Source: Vezdaea acicularis
Lineage: Eukaryota
Direction of reading: 5' to 3'
DNA: 64,000 bases
NCBI GenBank assembly: GCA_026025075.1
Contig: JAPEUI010000018.1
Coordinates: 62,001 to 126,000 of the forward strand
Positions 12,843-25,934 of the stretch are shown here, in pieces. Position 1 is the first letter of the stretch. Every line of letters begins with the position of its first letter. The notes under the pieces were generated by a model. The model made no database searches and was not told where the DNA came from. It was given only the letters and a program-made list of their open reading frames with translations. The position numbers were made by a program, and so were the translations under genes.

Positions 12843-13496
12843 CTTGTCATTAACGAACTTTAGAGAACGCCAAAGCACGTTAATATAACGAAACGCTGCG
12901 TATATAACGTGTTCGTGTTAGGCTTTCCGGGAAGAACAGCAGGAATCTTCAAAGACTTTCAGAAATAATAACGGCAAATCCACCCTGAAGTGGGAGCTAA
13001 GTTACGCATAGTAGGAGGTGAGACGAACGAGGTATGAAAGCGAAAATTTGGGGTGGCGGAAGGAGGGCTTTGCAGGGTAAAGCCCTGATTTCTTCCGCCT
13101 AGCTTCATCCACTTCAGGTACCCCAGTGAGTTTTCCAGACATTTCGCTAGAACGCTTATCATATCTGAGGTATAATAAAGAGTCTGGGTATCTTTGGCTC
13201 TACCACTGGAACAATGCACTCATAATTCTGAGAGGCTACAAGCAATGGCTTATATGCATACGACAAGACAATAGGGGAAATGGCTTAAGGACAAAAAGAA
13301 GAATGCTCTTCTGGAGGAGGTTAATGAGTTGCGGATAAGCTTTGACAATTAAGAAGAGTATCCAAACATAAACATTTTATAGAAAGTAATCAAACAAAGG
13401 GAAAGTATTGGTTCTAGCGTCCCTGAGGGAGCTGCTAGTCGCAATATCTGTTTGCAGCACGAGAAAGAAGGTCTCAAAAGGGTCATGTTAAGTCAT

Positions 13497-14558
13497 TTAG
13501 CTGATTGATTGCTTCAGGGTATCTACTTTGGCCTCTGGAAAATACTGGTCTAATACCCGATTTCGATGGTCGACTAGATTTTGCCTCGCGATGACTTGAC
13601 TGGCAAGCTGGCCATCACTCCAATGCATCTCCTCATCGAGTAACAAATGGGTATATGCGAAAACACTGGCATCAAGAAGAGTAGGCTGGTCAGTTCCTAA
13701 GAACCAATGTTCTGTGCCAAGTAACGTAGACAGCGCGTCAAAGGCGTTGCTTGACTCTCTGTAGATATCCTCACTGTCTATTGAAAGGGTGTTTTTTAGG
13801 ATCTCTGCTTCGGCAGCCGACCTTACTTGATGGATAAGTGCGGCGTGCACTAAGAAGCTCGTGGATGTGGACCTGATATACAAAGGTTGGGCCACTGTTG
13901 TGAAATTGGTTGGGTTTAGATACAGAGCAAGAAGCTTGAACCTCTACATTAGCTTCTTCAGCCTTGCACAGAGCTATTAAAAAGATACATACCCAAGCAT
14001 CCCGTACTCTGTGTTCCAATAATGCCAGATATGCTTCATACTTTGTCCCGGGAGGGTCTGAGGAGTTAGATCTGTTGTCCTCAACCCAGTCTTCGATCTT
14101 GTGAGACGGAATTGGCGCTGGAACATCTGCTGACAGCTCAAACGAAGGGAGGAGGAAGGGCAGTATGCCGGATGGCGACGCATGGTTATTGGACGCCCTG
14201 ATGCGATGGCGCACCTTGTTGAAGCGGAGATATGCCTAGCACAGGGTGTAAGCAGGCGGAATACATTAAGGGTGGTCTGGAAGACACTGACCTGCCATTT
14301 CAGGCAGCTAGGATTAAAGGATGGCTTTCCACGCCCGACATCTTCTAGGCGCGCAAATACATACAGGATTGACTCGTCGTGTTGTTTGAGAGAACGAGTA
14401 GGAAGGGCGTTAGGGGAGTATGTGACCAACGGCACCTGGTCAAAGAGCCATCTTAGGGGCGCGGGAATTGAGAAGATTCTGTTGAGTCGGGAGCTAGTTC
14501 TTGACCCGGAGCGCAACGATGCGTCTGGTGTCCTATGTGCAGACGTGTCTTTTGACAT
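13497..14558 (-). CDS. SAM35: Mitochondrial outer membrane SAM complex subunit Sam35/metaxin-like, 3 exons
   Basis: FSIPAPLRWLFDQVPLVTY, SFNPSCLKWQ, SNNHASPSGILPFL and GST-C-like PTLLDASVFAYTHLLL are spread over three ORFs linked by GT-AG introns. Confidence 0.8.
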
Positions 14559-15057
14559 TTTAGTTCGTGATACTGCCAGCGCAAAAGCTCCCGAGCATTT
14601 CGTGCCTGAAAGAGCCATTTTCTCCTGCCCGAACCTTAAGCGAGGCGCGGACCAGGGCATACAGGGGTGCCGAGGCCTGCCAGTGGAGGCGGAGGCATCA
14701 CCAAAAGCAGCAATGAACAGCGATGCTGACGACCGGTCAGGTGCACTTAGGGGGCGCTCCGTGCGTCATACGCAAATATCGGGTACACGTCCGAACAAGC
14801 TGTATTCACTGCTCGGTGATTCGAGGGGTAGTTTTTCTTATCTGACCGTTCCTGAATACGCAGCTCAGCTAGAAAGCCTTGGACGCCCTTACTCCTTGCG
14901 TCCTCCTACCGACATTTAAATCCTCGTGCCTGGACCTCACTCACCCTGAGAAAAAACAAAACGAGCCACACGGGACTCAAGGCTGAAGGATTCACAACGC
15001 AGCAATAGTATAACAACATAACGCTTTGTCATATATCTTTAGTAGCAATCGATAATA

Positions 15058-16086
15058 ATGGAGACCTCGGAGGCTGCAGTAGACGCTCCGAATCGTGAAG
15101 GAGTCTCTGCTCCTGTGCGACCATCAAATACCGACGGCGATGCGCAGAAAGAGGAGAGCACCACGACGAAATCAGTAAAGCGACGTCTCTTCGGCTTGGT
15201 GAAGAAGAAAGATGATGACAAGTCCCTGAAGCCTGAACAGGGAGGGAGTACATCAATCGCCGCAACACCTCCGAGAGACACAGCACGAACATCCAGTCCT
15301 TTCGGATCGGAGAGGGCGCGTCCCTCATCGCCAGGAACCCATCACTATACATCCATCCCGAGACCTGCTTCACCAGCATCATCCTTCATATTCGAGCGAA
15401 ACGTTCAAGAGACGGCAATACCTGTACCAACTTCCCCAGCCATTCCAGGTCACATTCAGACCGAAAACCATATTCCTCCTGTTCTAGAAGCTTCGTCCCT
15501 TGCTATAACTAACGATCACCTCAACCCTGACAACGTGGAGATTGTCACGCATGCTGCTCACCAGCCCGCTGCCTTGACTGTGACCGGCACAAGTGCGAGT
15601 GAGGGCCCCTGGCAAGAAGAGCCGCCAGTCCACTCGGATCACGAAGATGGTGCATCTACATATGGTGCCCTCGATACGAACGACGTACGCCGACTCAGCT
15701 TCATATCTTTTGCCGACGTGGTCCAATCCGAGCATGTAGAACAATCCGCCAGTAAGGAGTCAGTACATTTAGCGGGTCTCACCTCTACAACGCGGTCAGC
15801 AAATAGGTCGCCATCTCCGATGCGATCGCCCGGTTCCTCCCACGGACCACTTGGAACATCACCACCCACCAGTGCCCCTGGCTCTATTATCGGATCTCCA
15901 GGACGCGATTTCAAGAATCCTATCAGTCCCGTTGTCTCAGCTCATAGCTCTCTAACTGGCGGTGAGCTGACTATAGAGACGATGAGGCAGGCTTTGAGGA
16001 AAACAGGAAGCGGAGATTTGAGCGGTGCCAGAAGCCAACCGATGAGCGCTGTGAGTGAGGGAGCTTCTGATCGACCTTGGACTTAA
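15058..16086 (+). CDS. Conserved fungal Ser/Pro-rich hypothetical protein
   Basis: 342-aa ORF with conserved-looking islands IFERNVQE, ENHIPPVLEASS and RRLSFISFADVV. Confidence 0.75.
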   Translation: METSEAAVDAPNREGVSAPVRPSNTDGDAQKEESTTTKSVKRRLFGLVKKKDDDKSLKPEQGGSTSIAATPPRDTARTSSPFGSERARPSSPGTHHYTSIPRPASPASSFIFERNVQETAIPVPTSPAIPGHIQTENHIPPVLEASSLAITNDHLNPDNVEIVTHAAHQPAALTVTGTSASEGPWQEEPPVHSDHEDGASTYGALDTNDVRRLSFISFADVVQSEHVEQSASKESVHLAGLTSTTRSANRSPSPMRSPGSSHGPLGTSPPTSAPGSIIGSPGRDFKNPISPVVSAHSSLTGGELTIETMRQALRKTGSGDLSGARSQPMSAVSEGASDRPWT

Positions 16087-17561
16087 TCTGGTGCTTTCCC
16101 CGCACAAGTCGACAATAGTTTCTAAAGTGGGGCATATCTAAAGATATGCTTGCTTTGCCTATACGACATGATTCTACTCTTTGTTCTGTTGCTTCAAGTG
16201 GGCAAGACGCGTTCGGATGTGCTGCAGAATCGCTCTACGTTTTGATCTTTTGCTCGCAATGCTTCTGCTAGGGTAATTGGGATGTACAGCGATCGAGTCT
16301 TTTAAAGGCTCATGGGCGTTCGTAAACGTTGCTTGTCTAGGTCGATCACTTCTGCTGTTCCTGACGAAATGAAACTATATTACTGGCTTGACAGAGCTGA
16401 AGATTGAGATGCCATAGTGATAATGCATGATACTGCAGAATCCTAAGCTGGCACGAAAAGCAAAACTCATCTCTGGTACGAGGCCCAACACCAAACGTTC
16501 GATCCCCTAGACAAGATTTAGCCGCAACTCCTGCTCGTATGCAGACCAAAACTTCTTATCCAGGGGGTGAAGTCGACATCGGCGATAAGTATTAAAGCTG
16601 CTTCGAAGCGGTCGTAAGACATGAAGTCCATCGGCTTTCGCCTACAGCGCATCTGATGCTTTTTGTGATGAGCAAAGCCTTTAGCAACGACCTTCCCAGG
16701 CTGTTGTCCCAAGCCGTGTTGCCTTCTTTTTTGCAGCTGAACATCGAGTAAGCGGCGCACTTTACAGCTCCGCATCTTGACGGGATCGATTGGAGTGGAC
16801 GAGATGATCCTTGCCAATCGCGCCATCAAAACCTTTCGCTAACAACGCCCTGGTCTCTCTGACCTTTGACAATTCATCCAGTCGTTTCATTGGATCGACT
16901 CTCGTGCCTGGAAAACGTTCCGACCTTTTTGGCGGGGTATCAGCCGAGCTCTCCTCAGCGATTTTCGTCCTTTCGCCTCTTTCGGACATCACCTCGGACA
17001 TTCGACACGCGCCACTTGCTGAGCTGTATATTTTGCTGTTCATTGTCTCATTCTGATCTTGAGCGAGTTATAAAGTAAGTTAGGTCCCTCCCTGCTTGAG
17101 CATAGCTCCTAACGAATAAGACAGTCATTTAAATCTACGTAAATAGAGTTCCATCCGAGTGCGTTGTCGCACTCCACTAAAATTTGGGAGTTTGTAAAAC
17201 GGTTTTATTGTCAACGAAAATTTCTCATTCAGCACCGTCGGAACTGTACCATGGTTCAATCTGTAGGGTACCCTTAGCCAAGCCGTAGCAAGCCGTCCAT
17301 TTCGGAAAATTGCGAATATCAAAGTATCAGCTCTTGGGCCCCGTCCCCCAAAGTACGCCCTCCATTTCGAGCATCTAAGCTTCAAACATCAATTCATTGG
17401 GAAAAATTCGACCATACGCCATATTACCATGATCTTGACCTTAGCCCTTAAGAGTACTATTTCCCAATGCCTGGGACTGTCTAGAAGAGTAATGTTTCCT
17501 GCTGGAGCCCTTCCGTAATCCTGCTTGACTGCCTCTGTCAGAGCCCTGAGGATATTAGACG

Positions 17562-20500
17562 ATGGCTCCTTCTGGAAATTCTAAGATGAAAGAGAAGAAA
17601 ACGAAGAAAAAGGATCGCCAACTTAGACTCCCCAGTGTCAATGGCGCTACCCCCTCCAGCACGAGTGTTCCTTCCAAGGCTACTTACGATGGACCCACCC
17701 CACGGGAAACTGACGAAAGGTCGCCTTCATCTCCGCTGGAATCTCCAAATCTGGGTAGTAGGCACCGAATTGGATCCTCGTATTCAATTAGCTCGTCACC
17801 CTTCTTAGGTAATACCACAACTATAACGGTAGGTGCAGGCCTAGTTGACGACAATGCGATCAACCTGTCCCGGAAATCTCCCTCTCCAAGAATCGGTGCT
17901 GCCTTCCCTCGAATTGACCAAGCAACTATCGAAAGGCGACAGCAAGGGTCTGCTAATCCGTCTCGGACGGGCTCTCCTCTTGTAAATCGGCCCCCCAAAG
18001 AGATTCCTGCTAGGAAGGTTGTCAGCATCTCGAATGGCAAGAAAGTCCTTGAACTTATTAGCCAAAAGAATGGGCGGATGCAAGGGCATTTGCGGTTCGC
18101 AAAAGGCTCAGATGGTCAATACTCATCTGCCATATGCTTCATAGATCATGAAAGGGGGAGTCTCATGACTAAATCCACCGAGCATACTAGAGCTTCCAAT
18201 ACTATCGTACCAGATCTTCGGGGTTGCAAGGTTCAGGTTGTCATACCTCCTGAAGAGAATGTTACTTGCATAAGGCTTGTGACTCGCAGCAGCGGGATTC
18301 AAGTTCTCTTAAGACCCTCGCCGGGCGAGGAGTTTGATCAATGGCTTGCCGCATTCCTGGCCTGGACACCGTTACTATCAAAAGGCTCGCACAATAAAAG
18401 CATGGTCCTCCAACCACCGCTCGTGGAGCGGCGCTCAAGCGATGAATCACAGAGCTCTGATATACTACCTTTCAAAGATAAGATTGTTAAGACTGGGAGG
18501 CTTTTATATGTCGACCAGCCTATACTGCCCTTTTCGTCGACATCGCGTGCAAACAGCCCAACAAAGGGTCGACGCCGTCGTGGCTCAGTGCCTTCCCCAT
18601 GGCGCGAAGTCTCTTGCACGTTGAAGCCAAATGGAGTTTTCCGGATCAGTGCTGAGACTGGGCCAGAAACACTGGCGATTGTCGATCTTTCCCGACTCTC
18701 AAGAAGTGCCGTCCAATCTTTAGATGTGTCAGTCTTTCAAGAAGACTACTGCATTGCAATATACCCTGATCGAATTGCATCTTCCAATAGAATATCTTCA
18801 GCTCGTCCAATTTATCTTTCTGTGGGGTCTCGCGTTGTTTATGAAGTCTGGCTTGTATTGCTACGTGCTTTTACTACTACCGGGCTATATGGACCACCAG
18901 AAACAAGCGCTGGTCTTAATAATAATGTATCACACGGCATGGCTAACCCACATCTGGCATCTTCCAAGGCTGAGATGTTCCGAATTGAGCGGTCGCTGTC
19001 GGTCCGAATTACAGAAGCTAAATTAAAACGATCTCGCCCTCAGACATCACCGGAATATTCTTCTCTAGTGTCTGACTACTTTTGTGAAGTGCTTGTGGAT
19101 GAGGAAGTTAGAGCTCGTACTACTATCAAACAGAATACAAGTAATCCTTTTTGGCGTGAGGAATACCAGATATTGGACTTGGCCCCGGTTGTTTCTAACT
19201 TCTCCATCTTGCTCCACAGACGAAAGGAAAGACGGAAAGATTTCCGCAGAGGCATTGGCTTAGTAGGCAATGGAGATGCCCCACTGACTAGCGCTCCGGC
19301 TGAGTATCCGACATTTCCTATTACTGATGAGTTATACGGCCGAATCGAGCCTCCGGCTGATCTTATCGACGTTGTGAACAAGAGTCAAGAAATGGAGGGT
19401 TGGTGGGCTATAATAGACCACGATGAGGAGAAGATCGGAGATGCACTAGTACAAGTCAAAGTCGAGGAACAGGTAGTATTGATGGCAGGAGATTACCAGC
19501 CACTCTCAGATCTATTACATCAATTCTCTACAGGACTGACGGTACAGATCTCAAGAGCGGTGGGTTCGGAGCTTCGTCAGCTTTCAGATATGTTCTTGAA
19601 CATCTTTCAGTCTTCAGGAGAAGTCGACCGGTGGTTTAAGAGCCTAATTGAAGACGAGATCGATGGAGATCAAAGACCAACACGCTCAAAGCAGAAGTTT
19701 AATCTGGGAAGAAGGGGAGGGTCAAATGACTCGTATGACTCTTCTAGCGAACGGGAATTGGTCATAAGGAAGTTCCACAAGTCAGCGACTGTCGAAGCAA
19801 GTCTCTTGTTCAGAGGTAATACCTTGCTAACAAAATCGCTGGATCTACATATGAAGCGGCTGGGAAAAGAATACCTATTCGAAACCCTGGCTGGCCCTCT
19901 CAGTGAAATTGAGAGTGGTGAGCTCTCATGCGAGGTTGACCCAAATAAGATCGACTTCAACCAGGAAGACCTTGACACGAACTGGGACAACTTAATCGCG
20001 GTTACAGAAAGCGTTTGGGAAGCAATTGTCGGCTCAGCTTCAAAATGCCCAGCAGAATTAGGGGAGCTCTTCCGTCATATACGATCTTGTGCTGAAGAGC
20101 GCTACGGGGATCTGCTGAGATCCGCTTCGTACAGTAGTGTATCGGCATTCCTTTTCCTCAGATTCTTTTGCCCTGCGGTCCTCAACCCCAAACTCTTCGG
20201 TCTCCTTAAACGTAAGAATCCGTTTGTGGACAAGATGTAACTCATGCTTACCATTTCCAGATCACCCCCAGCCGAAGTCACAACGGACCTTGACTCTTGT
20301 CGCAAAAAGCCTGCAAGGCCTGGCAAACATGACCACCTTTGGTAATAAGGAAGGGTGGATGAGCCCCATGAATCAGTTTCTCACCGAACGTCGTTACGAG
20401 TTTAAAGAGTTCATCGACCACGTCTGTACTATCGCCTCTCCATCTCCAAACCTAGAGATGCGACCCATTTATGTTATCCCTAATTCAGTGTATAATCGCC

Positions 20501-21174
20501 TACCACCATTGTCAAGAGAGGGTTTTCCAACCCTCCCATATCTCATCGACCAACCGCGAAATTTTGCCTCTTTAGTCGAGCTTTGGCTTTCTTCCCCGGC
20601 CGCTAAGAAGAGCGCCGATCTAGACGGCGACCTCTTTATCTTCCATCACATGTGCGTCGGCCTCCAACAGCGTGTGGCCGATTGTCTTGACCGAGCAGAA
20701 GAAGCCAGCATCCCCACCCTCGACCTTCTACCACAATGGAAAGAAGCAGTTGAAGAGCTCGAAAACCCCCCCGCTGATAACTCATACGCCAATTCCAACA
20801 TTTTCTTCGAAGAGTCCACCCGCGCTCCTTCAGCCCAGAAAGATAACGACTCCTACGTCGAAGCTGCTGAAGGGCACACTGGTCTAGACAGCGATATAGG
20901 CGGCGGTACAAGCATCTATAGCTCCCGCACCTCGCGCGATGGGAAACCGCCCACTACCCCTGGAAGCGGCGGGAAAGAGGGCACGAAAAATAAGCTCAGC
21001 AATCTGATTGGAGAGTTCAGGCGGAAGACGAAGATGAATAGCACGGGCTGGCTAGAACCAGCTGAGCACCTGGAGCGAAGAAAAAGAAAGGATGATAAGG
21101 ACGACAGGCGCGATGAGAGACAAGACGATCTAGATGATCAGGCTTTTCGGGAGGAGAATTATCCGCGGAGATGA
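17562..21174 (+). CDS. BUD2: Ras GTPase-activating protein with PH-like and C2 domains (Bud2/Cla2 type), intron 20212-20260
   Basis: C2 (NPFWREEY), LLFRGNTLLTK arginine finger, FLFLRFFCPAVLNP RasGAP signature, RTLTLVAKSLQGLAN in exon 2. Confidence 0.85.
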
Positions 21175-21492
21175 GGGTGAATAAGAGTATGGCAATGGTG
21201 AAAGAGGGACTAGACTAACATCAAGCGCAGGCGTTTTCTCTGCGTTGGGCTGGACGATTCTTGGGATTGCGAATCTGCATGGGGATTGGATATACTGGCT
21301 TTGGGTTGGTAGATTGTAATACACATGAAGGAAATTCACGTGAAAAACGTAAATCCTGGCTTTCGCCGCAGGAACGGTCTAGTGATTGCTGCTATCTTCA
21401 TGCACTTATGACTTTTCAAACCATCCTAACGCACGCGGGATGCACCATCGCCAATGCGGCCCATAGATGACTACTCCTCCTCCATCAAACCC

Positions 21493-22718
21493 CTAAGCAA
21501 AAGCCTTCCTATACGCTGCCTTCTCCTTAGCTTTCCTCTCTTTATCCCTCTTCCTCACGGCCTCCAGCTCCGCTACAACCGCCCTATCTCCCGGCGCCAG
21601 CTGTAATGCCCTTTCCAAATCCGCAACCGCACTCTCCGTATCCTTCAGCCCGCCATATGCCAGCGCACGCCGATACAGTGCCTTCACCGTCTCAGCCTCG
21701 CCTGCGCCTTCCAGTCTCAATGCCCGGCTCGCACTCTTCTCTGCCTCGTCGTAGTGTTTGAGCTTGTTCTGCAGCAGTGCCAGGTTGGAGTTCAGGGCGA
21801 AGCGCAGGTTCGTGAGCGTTTTGTTTAGGGCTGGGGGGTCGCTATCAAGGGGTTCGGGATACTCGTCTAGGTACCGCAACCCCTTTTCGTATTTCTCGAC
21901 GCCAAGGGCTAGGTCGCCGGATTTGAAGGCTTTGTTTCCATATTCCTTTAAGTCTGTGGCGATCTTCGCTATTTCCTGCCCGGTCAACTCGGTGCCCTGA
22001 TCTTCGGGGAAGTCCTCATAGGAATCGCCTGTCGGGTCCGCAGGTGCGGTAGCGGCTGCCAAAGCGGCTTCGTCCAGTTCGCCGCAGTCAACAATCGTCA
22101 CCTCTGAGGTGGGCTTGTCTCCTGTCGCGGTAGGAAGTTTCTCGATGCGGCGTACGATTGACTTCCCGGTTAGAACTGTGCCGAAGACGACGTGTTTGCC
22201 ATCGAGGTGAGGGGTTGGAACTGTAGTGATGAAGAATTGGGAGCCGTTTGTGCCGGCACCTGCGTTGGCCATTGAGAGCAGGAATGGCGTCTCGTGCTTT
22301 AGCTGGAAGTTCTCATCTGCAAACTTTTCGCCATAGATAGACACCCCGCCAGTGCCATCGCCACGAGTGAAGTCCCCGCCTTGAATCATGAATTGTTTGA
22401 TAATGCGGTGGAAGCCGGAGCCTTTATAGTGCAGAGGGATGCCATCTGGGCTCTTGCCCTTTTCGCCGGTGCACAGGGCGCGGAAATTCTCCGCTGTTTT
22501 TGGAACAATGTCATTGTACTGGGAGGGGAATCAGTTGGGAATGATTAGAGAGGTTTGAGGATAGAGTACCAGTTCGAATGTAATGCGTCCGGCTTTCGCT
22601 TTGCCAATCTGGATGTCGAAGTAGACACGGCTTCTGCCTTCTACTACTTGAAGGTGTCAGCAAACACGCCCTTAGAGTTGTGGGCATCTACTCAGTCACC
22701 TTTTGATTCTGTCGCCAT
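21493..22718 (-). CDS. CPR6: Cyclophilin-40 peptidyl-prolyl isomerase with TPR domain, 3 exons
   Basis: [50 protein letters not shown] and a C-terminal TPR (KALYRRA). Confidence 0.93.
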
Positions 22719-23276
22719 ATTCAGGGCTGGGTCTGAAGCACGAGCTCAAGTAATGTGAGATTGAATCAATATTTCAGGAAAATTGAGACAATTGAATCAT
22801 AGGAGTAGACTGATGAGCCTTGGATGGCTAAAAGTTTCAAGAAGATTCTATGGAGGTGCCGCAGTCCAGCCTACAGCGCAGTTCCGTACCTGAGGTGTGG
22901 CGGGGCTGCGGGGCAGGAGTTCCCGAGGCTCGCTTATCCTTGCCTACGGACCAGACCGCAACCTTACCACGAGATAATTTTCTGTGACATCGAGTGCACC
23001 TTTATTCCTTTATACACTTTGAGGTTTCCTGACGCCTTCATATTTCATGTCACAAGAGACCTGATAGTACGCTATTATACTCACGCCCTAAATGCCCTGA
23101 CGCATAAATCTACATGCTTGTTCTTCATTAACCTTTGTCAAATTTGACAAGCACGATAACAGATAACAGACTATCTCAAGCAGCGCAATTGCTCTCCTCT
23201 TTGTCGACATACGGAGCTGCTGACACGTCATATATGAATATTATGGAGTCCAAGCCCTGTTGAAACCTACGCGATC

Positions 23277-24939
23277 ATGGCTGCTCCAGTGACAAAGCTT
23301 CAGCCGATCAAATTGCCAGCTGGCCCATCTCCAGTCACCCCCGAACAGCAGTACTGGACGCAATTCAAACCACAGCAATTAGTAACATCAGCGTCCTCCT
23401 TCCCGGTAACGCATATCTCTTTTCCTTCAATCGCTTCGAATACGTTCAACGCCTCCTCGAATGACTATTTTGCGGTCACAGCTGGCCCTCGAGTCGAAAT
23501 ATTTTCTTGCCGCACAAAAAAGCTCGTGAAACAGATCTCCAGGTTCAAGGATATCGCGCATAGCGGAGAGATACGACGTGATGGCAGACTTATTGTTGCT
23601 GGAGATGATACGGGTGCGATACAGGTCTTTGACATTGGATCGAGGGCTATTCTGAAGACATGGGAGGTACACAAACAGCCAGTCTGGACGACGAGTTTTT
23701 CGCCAAAAGACTTAACTTCATTGATGAGCACGAGCGATGATAGGACGATACGTCTATGGGATCTGCCGTCGCAAGATCCTATCACTACATTCTCAGGCCA
23801 CAATGACTATGTGAGAGCGGGCGCTTTCATGCCTGGGTCGACCTCCGGGCTGCTGGTATCCGGCTCTTACGACGAGACAGTCCGAATATGGGATCCAAGG
23901 GCACCAAACAGATCTGCCATGACTTTCAAACACGGTGCGCCAGTTGAGAGCGTCCTACCCATGCCATCAGGCACAACAGTGCTTGCATCAGCAGACAACC
24001 GGATATCGGTCCTTGACCTAGTCGCTGCAAAGCCTTTGACCCTTCTCAAGAATCATCAAAAGACTGTTACATCGCTCTGTCTCGCTTCGGAAAACACGAG
24101 ACTTGTCAGTGGAGGTCTGGATGGTCACATGAAAGTCTTTGAGACAACAGGGTGGAACGTTGTGGCTGGCTCAAAATACCCATCGCCAATCCTATCCCTG
24201 AGTATAATTCCTACAGGAAATCCTCGAGAAGACAAACACATAGCCGTTGGCATGCAGTCAGGTACACTTTCAATACGCACGAGATTCTCAGGGCCACAGC
24301 AAATACGCCAAAAAGAGAGGGAGAAAGTGATGAAAGCGCTCATCGAAGGCAATATCGAAGCCTATGATGCGAAGAATGCCAAAAAGCGGCCACGAGGCAT
24401 AGAGAAGCGGCTGCGAGGCAGAGACTTCTTGGGGGAGGGCGCCGACGTCATCATTGAGGGAAATGATCGACGGAGGAAGAAGACAGAGGCGCCATGGGAG
24501 GCGAAGTTACGAAAGAACCACTTCCATTCGGCGCTTGATTTAGTCCTAGAACAAGGTGTATGCAAACTTCTTGCCTTTGTATATCGCTCGTGCTAACAGC
24601 CATCTTTAGCGCTACCCCCCTTTAATCGTCATAACATGCCTAATAGCCCTCCGTCATCGCTCCGCCATGCGTACAGCTCTGCAAGGTCGCGACGAAGTGA
24701 CACTACAACCGATGCTCCGATGGATAATCAAGCACATCGTCAGCCCGCAATACCAAGCCATCTGTGTAGAAGTGGCCATGCATCTGATCGAGCTATATTC
24801 TGGAAATCTGGGGCTCTCGCCAGAGATAGACAATTTGATCAGACTGCTACACGGAACGGTCAAAAAGGAGGTGGAGAGGGCGCAGCAGGCCTTTCAGGCC
24901 AAGGGGATGATTGAGATGTTGGTAGCCGGTGCAGGATGA
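23277..24939 (+). CDS. UTP15: U3 snoRNA-associated protein 15 (WD40 + UTP15_C), one intron ~24558-24609
   Basis: TPEQQYW N-terminus, WD40 repeats (GHNDYVR, SGSYDETVRIWD), C-terminal ALQGRDEVTLQPMLRWI...AKGMIEML. Confidence 0.92.
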
Positions 24940-25028
24940 GTTTGGTGGTTTCTTCGACACCGATGAAGGGAAGACAGAGCTGCATTGGTGGCGTTGCCGG
25001 GATAGTATAGCATAGCGTTGCATCAACC

Positions 25029-25296
25029 GAAGCTAGGGACAAAATTGATGGCGCATAGTGGGCATGACTACAGTACCCATCGGCATGCGCTACTTTCAGC
25101 AGTTTCAAGATCGTTGGCAATTAATGATGATTATTCTTAGTATTAGCTAAATAGTCCTACGCCCTTACCCTTGTTAGATTCTTATACTCCAGGCTATATC
25201 CGCGGCCTGGCAGGGTCGTTTTGTGCTTTCGAGTGAGAAGCAATTAGCTATGGGGGAACCCCTGTTTAATACGCCATCAATTTTGTCCACAGTTTC
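25029..25296 (-). repeat. ~270-bp inverted-repeat-bounded dispersed element, copy A (reverse orientation)
   Basis: Ends are GAAGCTAGGGACAAAATTGATGGCGCATA and TACGCCATCAATTTTGTCCACAGTTTC. The interior is the reverse complement of copies B-F. Confidence 0.85.
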
Positions 25297-25934
25297 GGGC
25301 GGATCAACAACAAGCGAATCGCGTGACCTGGATCTGTGCAGGCGAGACGATCGCAAAGCTACAGCGCTAGGAATCAGACCGCCTGAAACTGGACAAAACT
25401 ATTACGGACTCATCCATTGGACCAGGGAAGGAGTAGCCAATGCGTTCCTCACAATGTGGAGAGATTTTTGCACACGACCTTTGAGAGCACTTGGGACGGT
25501 CTATGTCTGGCTGAAGACAAGGACTGAAGGGCACATCGCAGAGAGTACCTCAGGCATCGAATATAAGACCTCGCTCTCATCATTGCGTTTATCGTAAGGC
25601 AATACTTTTTCCCACGCGGGGTAATTATGCCTAAACGAATGCCTGAACGGCCGGTAGACCCTGGTTCTGGACCCTTTGGTGCCCCGTTTCAGCCTCGCTC
25701 GAGGGCTCGGCTGTAGCCCCGACCTCTGATATCAGCGTACGCATTTACTGTACTGTACTTGTACATATGCAAGGTGAAAGACTGTGGCAATGTGTAGGCG
25801 CCCAGCCTCAGCCACCAGCCATCAAGCTGGAAGCCAGCCTGATTCAAAATAGCTGAAAAGGCTGAAGCACCCATCCAAAATCCGATCATACGTCTTATTT
25901 CGCTTTTCGTCGGATGCTCTGTTCCATCACTAGT

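Noticed and set aside
16346..17385. Several 70-100 aa ORFs between the hypothetical gene and the RasGAP
   Set aside because: No recognisable motif or convincing spliced model; a small gene cannot be excluded.
25174..25597. ORFs overlapping the repeat copies that share peptides (LAMGEP.FN.PSILST; also 33476, 46548, 48533)
   Set aside because: The similarity comes from the non-coding repeat. Frames and strands are not conserved among copies.
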